Of a DNA stretch of 64,000 nucleotides, positions 36,784-50,225 are shown one piece after another. The notes beneath the pieces are model-generated. The model saw nothing but the letters and a program-made list of their open reading frames with translations, ran no database searches and had not been told where the DNA came from. Within the stretch, counting starts at the first letter, position 1. Every line of letters starts with the position of its first letter. Source of the DNA: Microthyrium microscopicum (taxonomy: Eukaryota). The position numbers and the translations under genes are program-made. The stretch spans positions 507,530-571,529 of the forward strand of contig MU004238.1 of NCBI GenBank assembly GCA_010405405.1, read 5' to 3'.

Positions 36784-37451
36784 TCTCCGCGACTAATCTG
36801 CTATATTGACATTTTCACATGATGCATTGTGGGTTTTTTCTGCTCAAACAAAATATACCAATCTGTTTGTTCCTTGTGTTAAGAGTTGACTAGACTGCTT
36901 AGGAAGTAGTGTATAAGATTAGCAAACAGGTTGATGAGCCATTGTCCTTGCAAATGAACGTGTAAAGTGTGTCTTGTGAATACTGATCGATCAAGTTAAT
37001 ATGGATGTACTTGAGAAGTGTTTGAACATGAGCTCTGGATACCTTCCTAGTAACCCACATGTGGCGGCTGACGAAGTGCTTGAGAGTTTGTCACACGTTC
37101 AACCAGCTAGTAGACCAGGGCATCACGAAGCAATTGCGGTAATTGCGAAACAGGATTCTTTTCATGGAATACAATTTGCTCAAGAATCAAAGTGTTTCGA
37201 GATTCAAGGAAAGACGTTGATACCACAACACCCTTGTATCATTAGCGGCGGGCCAACCCGCCGCTAAAGTCTCATCGTGCCTGCCTATCAGAGCCTAGTC
37301 TGGTAATCTAGTGTGATGACAAGGACTCAGGAGCCGAGTCCGTTTTTCGTCCCAAGTCTGCAAGTCGCAACTCTCTCATCCATCGGATCAACGATCTGGC
37401 AAAGCACACTTCAGGAAATATACAGTCTCTCGTAATCTTACAGCAGCAGTC

Positions 37452-38199
37452 ATGAGCAGCCAGAACCTCTCCTCTCCGGATTCATACCCAGTCTTTCCCA
37501 ACGGCCCCTATGTCTGGAAATTCTACGTCCCCTTATCCCAGGACTCTGGTATCACTCATCTTGACACAGATCTGTTCAACCGCTGCTATCTTCCTGCAAA
37601 TTCGCTATCCTACGTTGATGTATCAAAACGTGCTGGAACCCAGAATCCCAACTACCAGATTAATGAGCAACCCTGTAAGCGGCAGGCGGCAATCAACTCC
37701 AACTGTTATTTGACATGGAATGGATCTTTAGCTAGTATAGATTATCAGACTGATGTGAAAACACAACAATCTTGTTTCTGTCAGAAGTACCCTTTCTTTG
37801 ACGCGGTATCTGGCTGTCAGTCTTGCTTTGAGGAGCATGGAGGCATTGAAGGTACATTGAGTTGATTACGCCACAAGAGCCGATACTAAACATCGTCTAG
37901 GATATCACTGGTTTCCCTCTAGCTATATCAATGCTGCTTCTGCTACATATTGTAGCGCGAGCTCGATATCTACAGGTTTCTATCCTTTCATTAGTTCCTG
38001 GTCTGCAACTGCAAAACCTAGTGTTCCCACAAGCACCGCAGTGGATGTTCTTGGTACTTCTACGGCTGCTAGCTTGTACTATACCGCCACTTCTCAGCCA
38101 AGTGCTGGATTTTCCAAGTCCGGAGCCTGCCTAAGTCGGAAGATATCGAAAATGAGCTTGCTTGTCTGTATGCTGGTGACTTCAATCCTGGTTCGATAG
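37452..38199 (+). CDS. Cys-rich fungal cell-surface-type protein (Mcl1-like Cys pattern) with Ser/Thr stalk and hydrophobic C-terminus
   Basis: Exons 37452-37851 and 37901-38199. PC..INSNC..QQSCFC..FF..GCQSC..HGG..YCS pattern; ends SGA..MSLLVCMLVTSILVR*. Confidence 0.75.
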
Positions 38200-38302
38200 A
38201 CGCGCTGTTGAGTCATGCATCCTTTTCTTTGCCTCAGCTACCACTCTACGAATCGTCTGGAGCCGCTTTGATTATTGTTCCACTGCCCAACAGTGACAAA
38301 AT

Positions 38303-39110
38303 TCACCTGAGCGCTGCGCTCACCCTCAAAACATATCTTGACCTCTTAAATTCGCGCGGTTTCTGGTACAGATACCTGGTCATGGCGCGAGCCTGACCAT
38401 AGAGACTGGATAGTAATTCGCGCAATCGTGCGACAGGAACTGGAGAATTACCGCCAATTCCGCTCGATTGCAGACTTTGCAGAACACGCATACCAGACCG
38501 CACATGCCCAATCGCTTGAGCCAAATGACGCTAAAGACAAGCAAAAGTAGCGAAGAGGATTGCGGCAGTCAGAACGCAGCACATCGATTCAACATCCCCC
38601 TCTTTACTTCCAAGTCCAGAGATGTGGCAAATCGATTGATTACACTGCTCTATCGCAAACCGCATATTCTCGTCGTCTTCAGATAGATGACTACCCTCTT
38701 GCCCCTCAAACTGCTGGTACGCAGCGCCAAGCGCAACAACAAGATGTCGAACCGACCGATGTGCAGTTGCGACTTGCAGCACTTGTCATGACCAGAATGG
38801 CCCATTGAAGTAACCGCCTAGGGGCTCTCCGGTTTGAGAAAGGAAGAAGTCGAAACTGCGCCTTTCTTGGTCTGATCCTAGCCATACGGACATGCCATGT
38901 TAGACATGTTGGGATGGTGTTGGTGGGGATGGCGATTTGTAGCCAGAGCAGGTTCGTCCTGTTGAAGTACATCTTCTACATTGGGGTTTTGCTTCATCAC
39001 ATTTGACTTTTCGAATTTTGGCGGTGTTTGTAAGCGTGGAGTTATGAAGTGAAGATTGCCACGTCTCACTTGCAGGTCAGGCAACCGGTTTTAATTTCTG
39101 GTAGAAATGC
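38303..39110 (-). pseudogene. Zn(II)2Cys6 transcription-factor pseudogene
   Basis: KTGCLTCK / IRKVKCDEAKPQCRRCTSTGRTCSGY binuclear cluster, then ERRSFDFF..FW..VLQ..VRHLVVALGA. In-frame stops at 38902-38900, 38788-38786 and 38533-38531; intron acceptor reads CAA instead of CAG (39020-39018); 3' end truncated. Confidence 0.9.
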
Positions 39111-39551
39111 GGTTCGAAGCATTTCAGGGGAAATGCTTCAACATTTCTTTGACATGTTGATCATCACTTATCAGAAATGATGCATGGCTTCCCTTTGTCT
39201 CTAGTGACTCGGGCGAACTTCTTTGAGCAAGAGAGTGGCCTCGGTCTCATGGAGCCAACCCGCAGCGTCGTCCTCGTCGACGAAATAGTCGCTATCTCAT
39301 GAGTTACTGCAGCATAAGTGCGCAGAAGATGACCAAAACATGTAATTTTGGTGAAACTGGAACATGAGAATTCAGAGAAGTAAGAACATACGGAGCATTA
39401 TGATACTGACTTGTTCAGTCGGCTAGCGTCGGTGATATATCCGAACCTGTTACAGATAAGGGTACCTTTGCGGTGCAGAGTGGCGTGGACGGCTTCTTAT
39501 CAATCATACTACCTGTTAGGCCTGTCTTTGTTCGGGAGGTGCAGCCAAACA

Positions 39552-41181
39552 ATGGCGATACCTTGGACTCGTCGTCTCTCAATCATACATAACACTCCGC
39601 TACCCAGGGCTCAAATAGCACGTAGGTTTAGCTCTACCAGTAGCCAATACCAAAAGCTACGAGTAAACCCAGCAAGATTGCTCTCAGACCTTCACCATAC
39701 TTGTGAGAAATTCCCACGCAAAAGCGGCGCGGTCGATGAAGACTCCAAATATGGGTCTTTATATTGACTTATTTAGGTCAATGGGGAACGGGTGCGCGAT
39801 GGGGAACGTAAGTTCTCAAATATGCTATTGAGAATGCCATCGTTGCTGACTTTCTCTACACAGAGCACCCACCGAAACTGGGATGAGTCGTCTTGCATTA
39901 TCAGATGCGGATAGAAAAGCTCGAGACTGGTTTGTTGAGACCACAAAAAGCCTTGGCTGTACCATCACTATCGATGAAATGGGGAGCATTTTTGCTGTCA
40001 GACCTGGTCGGAAGACAGGTGCTGCAACTTTTGCCGGCTCTCATCTTGACACTCAGCCATCTGGTGGGAGATATGATGGCATTCTTGGTGTCTTGGCCGG
40101 AGTAGAAATGCTCAAGGTAAGATTAATTGAACATGGCTCGAATGACATGTCCTGCATATATCGGAAGCATCACACTGACACATGGCAGGTCCTTAATGAA
40201 AACAAGGTAGAAACTGAATATCCAGTAGGCGTCATAAATTGGACTAAGTACTCGCAAATTCCTCAGCTTATATTCAAAACACTTATTGTCCATAGCGAAG
40301 AAGGAGCTCGATTTCCAATATCAATGGTAGCAAGTGGTGTCTGGGCTGACAAAACGCCTCTCCAAACCGCCCATAACCTCATGGAAATAGGCGGCAAAGC
40401 GACCCAAAAGTCCGAGCTACAGCGTATAGGTTATCTAGGCAGTACACCTGCGAGCCACAAGTCGATGCCTATAGCTGCGCATTTTGAGCTCCATATCGAG
40501 CAAGGCCCCATACTGGAACAGGAACGGCGCAAAATAGGAGTCGTTCTTGGAGCCCAATCCTATCGGTGGTATACCGTTGAAGTTACCGGCCGAGATTGCC
40601 ATACTGGCACAACACCTTTGGCTGCGAGGGCGGACGCGATGTTGGCTGCGAGCAAGATGATAGTTGAGTCGAATCGCATTGCGTCAAGCCTATCTGGTCT
40701 GGCATCTACTGGTGTGTTGACACTTACCCCTGGTAGTGTCAACACTGTTCCGGGGACTGTACGCTTTAGCCTTGATATACGGGCTCGGCAAGATGATATC
40801 GTGGACGCTATTGAGGCAGAGGTGAAGGCCAGTTTTGTTCAATTGGCACAGCCTTGTTCGGTGGAAATCCAACGAGATTTCACATCTCCGGCCATTGAAT
40901 TTGACAAGAATTGCATTTCATGTATTCATGAAGCAGCTCAAAGTTTATTTACGACCCGAACAGAGGAGTTGACAAAGGAAATGGTCAGCGGCGCTGGTCA
41001 CGATTCAGTCAATACGAATTACATCTGCCCAACTGCGATGATATTCATTCCTTGTAAGGAAGGAGTTTCTCACAACCCTAGAGAGTATTCGGAGCCAGAA
41101 GACTGTGCTATAGGCGCTGATGTTCTCTTGAACAGCATACTAAACTATGACAAGTTAAGAGCTTCGAAAGCAAGTTCTTGA
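39552..41181 (+). CDS. M20 N-carbamoyl-amino-acid amidohydrolase (beta-alanine synthase, Pyd3-like)
   Basis: Exons 39552-39702, 39777-39807, 39864-40116, 40189-40247 and 40296-41181. GSHLDTQ, GGRYDGILG, WTNEEGARF (restored by splicing), HFELHIEQGP, SGAGHDS and SHNPRE. Confidence 0.93.
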
Positions 41182-41601
41182 AGCAAATCATTTTGTACGT
41201 ATAAGCACAGTTCATGTAATCTCACGAGCTCTAGTTCGCTATACCACCTGCATCAGTACTTTACTCAAAAATATGGTGGCATGTCTAAAGCAATCTATAT
41301 CCAATAATCAAGCCACGACCAACCCTATAAGAGGTACTACTTGCGAATTTTGCTCATTTACCACACTTTACCGTGAGCAAGTTGACCAATCATTTATTGC
41401 TACAGTCTGCACGGTCAGATCTTTGCGCTAAAAGACATGTTCTATAGGACAACCACGGAAATGGAACTACTGTTACTTTTCGTATATATTTAGATGGCAA
41501 TTTGTCCAGTAGCAGTTTAGCTAAGGCTGCATATATACAATTGCTCTTCCCAATTGAAGGGATACTTGGATATTCACCCACTCCAGTCGTTCGTCAACAG
41601 A

Positions 41602-43472
<1,871 letters not shown>

Positions 43473-43811
43473 TTATTATAGAACTGTACACCAATTGAGG
43501 TGGAATGATACTCTCGAATAGGCTGTTATCGACTAACTTCATACTCACATGTAGATTATGTCTACCTGCCGTTCGCATATCCCGAGGCTGAATAGAAACC
43601 AAGGAGGCTGTGCAACTGAGTCACCAGCAATCGGTATACAGGACACTGCAACATCAGTCTTACTCATGATCTCTTCTATTATGCTAACAACTTCAAATTC
43701 GGAGATTCTATTCAGATTCCATCAACATCGAGGTGTTCTACTCACCTGAAATTGCGTCTCAGCTACTCCCGATTCAATTCCTTCCATCTATATGCAACCA
43801 AACTACACACT

Positions 43812-44849
43812 ATGTCTCAATTATCCTTCTTATCGCTGCCACCAGAGTTGCGGCTGTGCATTGAGCTTCTCGCGCTTCCAGATTCGGTCATGGTAACAGA
43901 TGCAGCCTGTCCTACGCCTGCTGCTTATAAGCTACTTCATAGCAACCGCATCATACGACAAGACATGCAATGGGTGCTGGAAAGGTACTCGCCACGCTAT
44001 CGTTTCAAAGACCCAGCCCAGCTATTTCAATTCATAAAGTCAATCGACGAAGCCCATGTCAACCGCCAAAAGCGTACAGTTGAGCACATAAGTTTTGATA
44101 TCTTCCACGACGCCAACGTTCCTACTATGCATTGGACTTGTTACTGTCAAGGACGAGAAATGCATACACACGATGAGCTAATCGAAGCATGGGCAGAGAC
44201 TATACCGAGTCTTCCTGGAAGTTTGAAATCTGTTCTCTTGGATATCACACCTGCGCCGGGGTGGATGCGAAAAGATCGCGCTTCATGGGTGCCAGGCTTC
44301 ATTGATGAACGTCTAATTGCCAGGAAATTCGTATCAGAACACGAAACTGTTATCCTGCAGCTTATTCAAAAGATACACAAGCGTTTTGGTGAGGATGTCA
44401 ATGTGCTACTTGGAGGACAATTGAGCCAGAAGAGTCGCCCCAGTCTCGACAACATCCTAACTCAGAGTGCTACTGCTGGGATACCCGTTACCTTTGTAGG
44501 AGACATTTTTCCTAACCCTAGAGATCTCCCTCCACTTTCTCCAGAGGTCTGGAATGCCATGCCGAAGAGAAGAGGCCAGGAACAGGCTTGGAGACAAAAG
44601 ACAAAGAGGCTTTTGAATAGCATCAGATATCATGACGAGCACGATACAATTGCTTTGCTTGAGAACATCGCCCACTTCGCGAACGATGAAGATACGAACC
44701 GATTACACCTTTCTAAGCTTGATAGCAAGCAACGAGCTTTGGTCCACAATATGGCAAAGGACATGGAATTCAGTACGAAATCTACCGGAGACGAGCCAGA
44801 TCGCGTATTGACAATTGAAAAGATTGATGATGTTAATATCAAATTCTAG
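43812..44849 (+). CDS. Hypothetical protein with F-box-like N-terminus and C-terminal R3H domain
   Basis: FLSLPPELRLCI at the start; LSKLDSKQRALVHNMAKDMEFSTKSTGDEPDRVLTIEK (R-x3-H, S-x-G..R) at the end. Confidence 0.8.
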   Translation: MSQLSFLSLPPELRLCIELLALPDSVMVTDAACPTPAAYKLLHSNRIIRQDMQWVLERYSPRYRFKDPAQLFQFIKSIDEAHVNRQKRTVEHISFDIFHDANVPTMHWTCYCQGREMHTHDELIEAWAETIPSLPGSLKSVLLDITPAPGWMRKDRASWVPGFIDERLIARKFVSEHETVILQLIQKIHKRFGEDVNVLLGGQLSQKSRPSLDNILTQSATAGIPVTFVGDIFPNPRDLPPLSPEVWNAMPKRRGQEQAWRQKTKRLLNSIRYHDEHDTIALLENIAHFANDEDTNRLHLSKLDSKQRALVHNMAKDMEFSTKSTGDEPDRVLTIEKIDDVNIKF

Positions 44850-45037
44850 TATGGAGAACCATATCGAGAATGAGTTTGAATGAACAATTAGTATGGTTCT
44901 ATATTGTACTATAAGCGGCTGCTACTCGAAATGTGAGTAATAAATACAGGACAGCCGTTTAGACCGACATGCTTGGTGGATATCACACTCGCGCCATACC
45001 TGTAAGTATCATGTCAAGGGAGGTCCTAGTCGGCGCT

Positions 45038-46739
45038 TCATTTCTGCTCTACTGAGTAGTCGTAGAAATGGCTCGGCATGACATCCTCCATAAGCTCGTC
45101 TGTAAACTTGAGATCTTCTTCCACTGGCACGGTGTCTTTGATCTTCCAAATCATGACTGGAAGAGCTATCAACAGACTTCCAGCAAGGAGAGCCCAGCAT
45201 GCGACGAAAATGCTCATATAGGGTGCACCAAGCCCATCAGCTCGCCATATAATAGCAGCTCCTGCAGATTGGATGCCCTTGTAGAAGCCGGCGAAGTTGG
45301 CAAGTTTTCTACCATTGTTGGTGATGGCACCCATGAACCTGGTTTGAATAAGCGACCTATCCGTGAGGAAACGTGTTTAAAGTATTTACCAGTACACTGT
45401 CACTTGCCAAGCGGCATCATAGAAGCCATATGCCATGTAAAGGAACATCGGCCCAGTGTAACCAGCTGAATTCCAATCATAGCCAGGTTCTTTAGTTTCA
45501 CGGGTGAAACTGCGTTGAAAAACATATCCTCCGCCCCAGATGGCGAATGTGAGTGCGAACATAGCGATCCAAGCTGCCTTTGCTCTTGTAGTCCGCCTGA
45601 TGTTGGATAGGTCCAGTGCGAAGCCAAAGATAAGAGCGCCGATCATTTGGGCAAGCCAGTAAAGTGTGCTGTTCAGAGCTCGCGTGCGAGGATCAAACCG
45701 ATCGAAGTTGAAGTCGTTATAATGATAAGTGTAAAAGAAGTTCGAGGCGAAGAACATAGGGAATAGGAATATGATATAAGGATCGGTTGCAAGAGTTTGC
45801 CAGAGACCTAAAAGTTCTGACTTCCAGGTTGGTTGCCTCATGAGAATAACTCTAGACCCATCACGACGAACAATGTGCTTAGAGTCAAGGAATGTCCACG
45901 ATAGACAGGCTCCAGAGAAGGTCAATAGTAAGAAGGCAACATATGTCCCATCACTCACTCCTTTCCCAGCACTGTTGTTCTTAGAGTTTAGTCCAAGCTC
46001 GACCTGATTGACACCCAAGTTAGCGATATTGCCATGATGACTGAATAACTTTGTCCTACCAGACTGCCGACGACTCCGCCGAGATTGAAAATGGTCCAGA
46101 ACCAGGCAAGGAACCGGCCTTTCAGATGCTCTTGTGGATATGACATTATGATTGCTCCTTGCGCAGCCCATAGAACACCGGCACAGCAACCAAGCAACAC
46201 ACTAGCGAATTTAACGTATCCCAGGTTCTGGGTTTTGCTATAACAGAATATTGAACTTATGAATATACTGTATCCAATACTGCCAAAGCATATTGTCAGC
46301 CTGATGCCGAGAGCATTGATAGCTGCTCCAGCGAAGAAAGCGACAACGGCTAGCGCTGCATAGGTGGCACAAAATGCGATAGTACTAGCATAATCATCAT
46401 TAAGTCCAGCACCTCCAAATACGCTGAGAGCATTGAACATCCCTATGGTTGATCAACAATGTGGTGGGCAGCGGTTTGTTGCTAAGCCTTACCTGGGCAT
46501 AAGAAGCATACGAACGACACCAACAGCAATTGAGCCTCTGGTGATGCGTAGTAGGGAAGACTGACTGGTCCAATTTTGGTTCTCTTGTATCTCCATCCGG
46601 TGGGAATCTGCACATCGCCTCCTGTTTCAAAGTGCTGAGCTGCTGGTTGCTGATAGTCCCCGCGCGACATACCCATTCTTGAGTCTGCCAATGTTGGTCT
46701 TTTGTCACTCCCGGTATAGGGATGGTCATATTGCTCCAT
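45038..46739 (-). CDS. UNC-93-like (DUF895) MFS membrane protein
   Basis: Exons 46739-46493, 46442-46060, 46003-45390 and 45338-45038. YYASPEAQL..VCFLCPGMFNAL, LWAAQGAIIMSYP, FPMFFASNFFYTY and FAGFYKGIQSAG. Confidence 0.93.
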
Positions 46740-47722
46740 GTTTCCAGTTAAAAAATTGCCACTACTGGAGAATATGCTAAGCGGGATGCAAAGGTCCAAA
46801 GTGAGGAAGGTAAAAGTAACCGTGTAAGACCTCAGCATACGCAATTGATCGAGAACCATCATCTTTAAGCTAGAGAATCACAAACAACTATAAAAAGGAC
46901 AGAAGCATAGGTATTGATGCAAGCCATCGGTTCGGTCTCAAACTGGGCGCAGCAGCGAATCACATCCAGCCAGATCATACTTCTTCATAACTTCAGCCTT
47001 TCGACGAGCTTAGAATATCTTTCTGCTGATAATCAATTCCTGGCCTTTGTTCCGGCGAGATGGTATGAGCATGTCTATAGCTATGGATCTTACATGGCAT
47101 GGCGAGAATTCATAAGATAGTATCTGGCTTGTTGCAAATCATGTTTCTTCAATGAGGCGCTTTACTACGCCGCCGGAAATGGACACAACTGCATGCCGAC
47201 ATATTGATAACGCTGCAGAAAAGATGCTTTGACAATGCACAATCCTGGCTTAAGTATTGGGCAGTATCGATAAAGGCGAGAAATGAACCACTAGGCATGC
47301 ATCTTAATCGAATGCATCACGTCCAACAACGCCTGGATGAAGCGACCTATCAAAACTCAACTCGTTCATACTGATGTTGGATGATCGCCAAACCTATGAT
47401 GTTAGATATCGAAAAAATCCATCCAAATAGATCATCATTTGTCGTTCAAGTGAACGACCGATCCCTTGAATGAGGCTTTGCTTCCAGTGTCCCAATCGCA
47501 CGACGTATGTGCGCCACATGAACTTACTGTGCCGCTGAAATAGTTAGCAAGTATGCAAGAAAGATTTGCAGGTTAGTCAATATGGAGGGGTTTCAGCCTA
47601 GCCATCTCATTTCTCTCCTCTCAGAAAGTATTGGTAACACTAACGCGCATCAACATGGGTTGCGATTCTGATCTACGTTGACTGACAAGCTTGATCAGGA
47701 ACTCAATCTCACCAAAACCACA

Positions 47723-50131
47723 ATGACAACAGGGAGCTTAGTTCCGAAGACCTTCGCGGAAAGTCAGGGAGCTGCCGCTAGTACTATCGATGTTCCTCAA
47801 TGGCTTGACACGTTACATTCTTTGCGCAGAAACCAGCTACTGTTGAAGCCCGCAGATATTGACTACAACATTTCACCAATTGTTGGGGACAAGGCCCGAA
47901 ATCCAGCGGATGAACGAGCCCGCAGGCCCCCTGGAAAAAGCGTATCAGGGGATGAAGACATAACGACGGAAGTTGTCGATGATGATTTCGAAGTCGACCT
48001 GACCAAGGCAGGACTTCACAACAGTACCATCGCATTTGACATGAACAAGTGGGAAGAGGCATACATTCTTCTCCAGGACGCATTGGAAACTTTGAAGCAA
48101 CTCTCAAGTCAACAACGCATATTCTGTGACCTTCTAGCCCTGCAATACAGACTTACCGTTTGTGCTTATCATACTGAAGAGCCAAAAGTCGCTGAAGAGG
48201 CACTCATCAGCCTAGTCGAGCAGCCGACAAGTTCAGACCAGCAAGCTATATATCTCAGCAACGCATCACACCTGCTGTCATTACTCTACCTTCGGATGCA
48301 ACGGCTCGATTCTGCAAGAAGCCAATGTGAAAAGGCCTTACGAGCCAGAGGCAAGCTGCTGGGAAAGCACAGCGACGCCTCGTTGGAGTCGATAGCATTG
48401 ATGGCTCACATATGGGGTTTACTCCAAAACCCTGCTCGAGCGAAGGCTTTTCTTTCAATGATACCTGAAGCACGCAGAGATGCCATCTACAGTATTCTCA
48501 AGAGATCAGTCATTATCACGAAAACGATTGAATCGACTTCGCTCCTGACTCCGACGCTATCGGAATCGTCCATGGCAGAAAATCGCGAACTGCGAAGTCC
48601 AGCGTCCCCTATCGCCTCACCAACTGATGGTAACATCTACAAATACTTGCCTGCAAAAGATCCCGGATTCCTTATTCCCAGTGCGGCGTCACAACAATCA
48701 TATTACAATCCTAGGCTTGTACCGCAGTCCCCAGCCACTGCTTCTCGTCAACATCACCGCCAACACACATTGCCCTACCCTGCTGGCTTTAGTGATATTA
48801 AAAACAGTTCCTTTGTATTTCCTTCCTCGTCGGGGACCAGTCCAAAGAACGGAGAGAGGGCGAATTTTGCACAGTCGACGTATCTATCACAAAGTTCAGC
48901 TGCCAGCCCTCATCTGTATTACCATCAGGATTCATCCGTTCAGACTACGGACTTGCAAAAAACAAAGATCACATCGACGATATCTCCTTCGTCGGCGTCA
49001 GAGGTAGTATCCAGTTCAGTGGAAGGGGATAAAGGAAATTTGATAAGGTCGACATCCTCAGCGCAAGGTCCCGCTCCCGCTCCCGCTTTTCAGCAGTATC
49101 ACCACCGGAATATATCCTCCTCTAATGAATACCCAAACGATACAAGAATTGCTTCGATGGTGTCTTCATTATCAACAGAATTGGTGCATAGACCAAAGCA
49201 GGAAGGGAGAGCAACTTCGATACGATCGACAAACCTAGAAGCGTTTGATTCTGGAGTAACAAACTCTGGCGAAGCTCGCAACACAAGTAAAGTCGCTGCC
49301 AGCAGCACTATGTCCCGAAAGGACATTTTGAACAAGGTTGGATGCCAACCTCGAGATCCCATCGAAGAAGCTGTCTGTGTAGGGGACAACACAACTTTCA
49401 TAAAGCTTCTTAGTAAGAGGAAGGACTTCTGGAGAGCAGCGCTACGGAAACGTGGCAGTTCAGAACGAGTTTCGGCTCTGCATTTCGCGGCACTTTTTGG
49501 CGAAGTTGATATGGCTCAAAAACTGCTGGCTTCCAATTTTAGCATCAACGAAGTGCCATTCGGCTATTCTGTGGTCTTTACTCCTCTCAAATTCGCCATT
49601 GGTGCTCGTCAAATGGATATGGTTGAGTTTTTGGTAGCAAATGGAGCTAGACCGGCTGGTTTAGGAGAATCATGGTCAACTCTGGCCAGCCAACTGATGA
49701 ATCGCTCTTGGTTGATGAAAACACTATCAGAGGATGAAAAGCAGAATGCTCCAACAATAATGATCTCTATCCTCGGCATCCTACTCAGGTGTGGCTGGGA
49801 CATCAATACACCATTTGAGTCATCGGGAAAGACAATACTTCATCAGGCTGTCACATTTCGGACGGGTGCAACTTCGTGGGATGAGGGTCTCCGTACTGCC
49901 CTGACAAATTTCTTATGCGCTCGAGGGGCCAACCCGTATCAAGCTAATGGGGAAGACAAAACATCCTTCGATTTAGCCACGATATATGGTCATCAAGAGC
50001 TCTTACCAGTTCTTAGTCAAGGCTTGAGCTCTGGGATGATAGATAATTGGTCGGCTGGACCTTTTGAATTGCAAGCGAACCTCTCAGACAACGGGTCTAT
50101 GGAGCCTGTTGAGCTTCCAGCCAACAATTAG
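47723..50131 (+). CDS. TPR-like plus ankyrin-repeat protein; 5' end uncertain or eroded
   Basis: Long open frame. TPR-like helices (ARSQCEKALRARGKLLGKHS), Ser-rich linker, ankyrin motifs SALHFAALFG, TPLKFAIG, TILHQAV and TSFDLATIYG. Confidence 0.85.
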   Translation: MTTGSLVPKTFAESQGAAASTIDVPQWLDTLHSLRRNQLLLKPADIDYNISPIVGDKARNPADERARRPPGKSVSGDEDITTEVVDDDFEVDLTKAGLHNSTIAFDMNKWEEAYILLQDALETLKQLSSQQRIFCDLLALQYRLTVCAYHTEEPKVAEEALISLVEQPTSSDQQAIYLSNASHLLSLLYLRMQRLDSARSQCEKALRARGKLLGKHSDASLESIALMAHIWGLLQNPARAKAFLSMIPEARRDAIYSILKRSVIITKTIESTSLLTPTLSESSMAENRELRSPASPIASPTDGNIYKYLPAKDPGFLIPSAASQQSYYNPRLVPQSPATASRQHHRQHTLPYPAGFSDIKNSSFVFPSSSGTSPKNGERANFAQSTYLSQSSAASPHLYYHQDSSVQTTDLQKTKITSTISPSSASEVVSSSVEGDKGNLIRSTSSAQGPAPAPAFQQYHHRNISSSNEYPNDTRIASMVSSLSTELVHRPKQEGRATSIRSTNLEAFDSGVTNSGEARNTSKVAASSTMSRKDILNKVGCQPRDPIEEAVCVGDNTTFIKLLSKRKDFWRAALRKRGSSERVSALHFAALFGEVDMAQKLLASNFSINEVPFGYSVVFTPLKFAIGARQMDMVEFLVANGARPAGLGESWSTLASQLMNRSWLMKTLSEDEKQNAPTIMISILGILLRCGWDINTPFESSGKTILHQAVTFRTGATSWDEGLRTALTNFLCARGANPYQANGEDKTSFDLATIYGHQELLPVLSQGLSSGMIDNWSAGPFELQANLSDNGSMEPVELPANN

Positions 50132-50225
50132 CCTTCGATAAAGAAGTATTGTAGATCAGCTAGATCTGACAACTAAATTTGGTGTAGCATACACTCCCAC
50201 CTATCTCGGCACCCGATCCCCAGTG

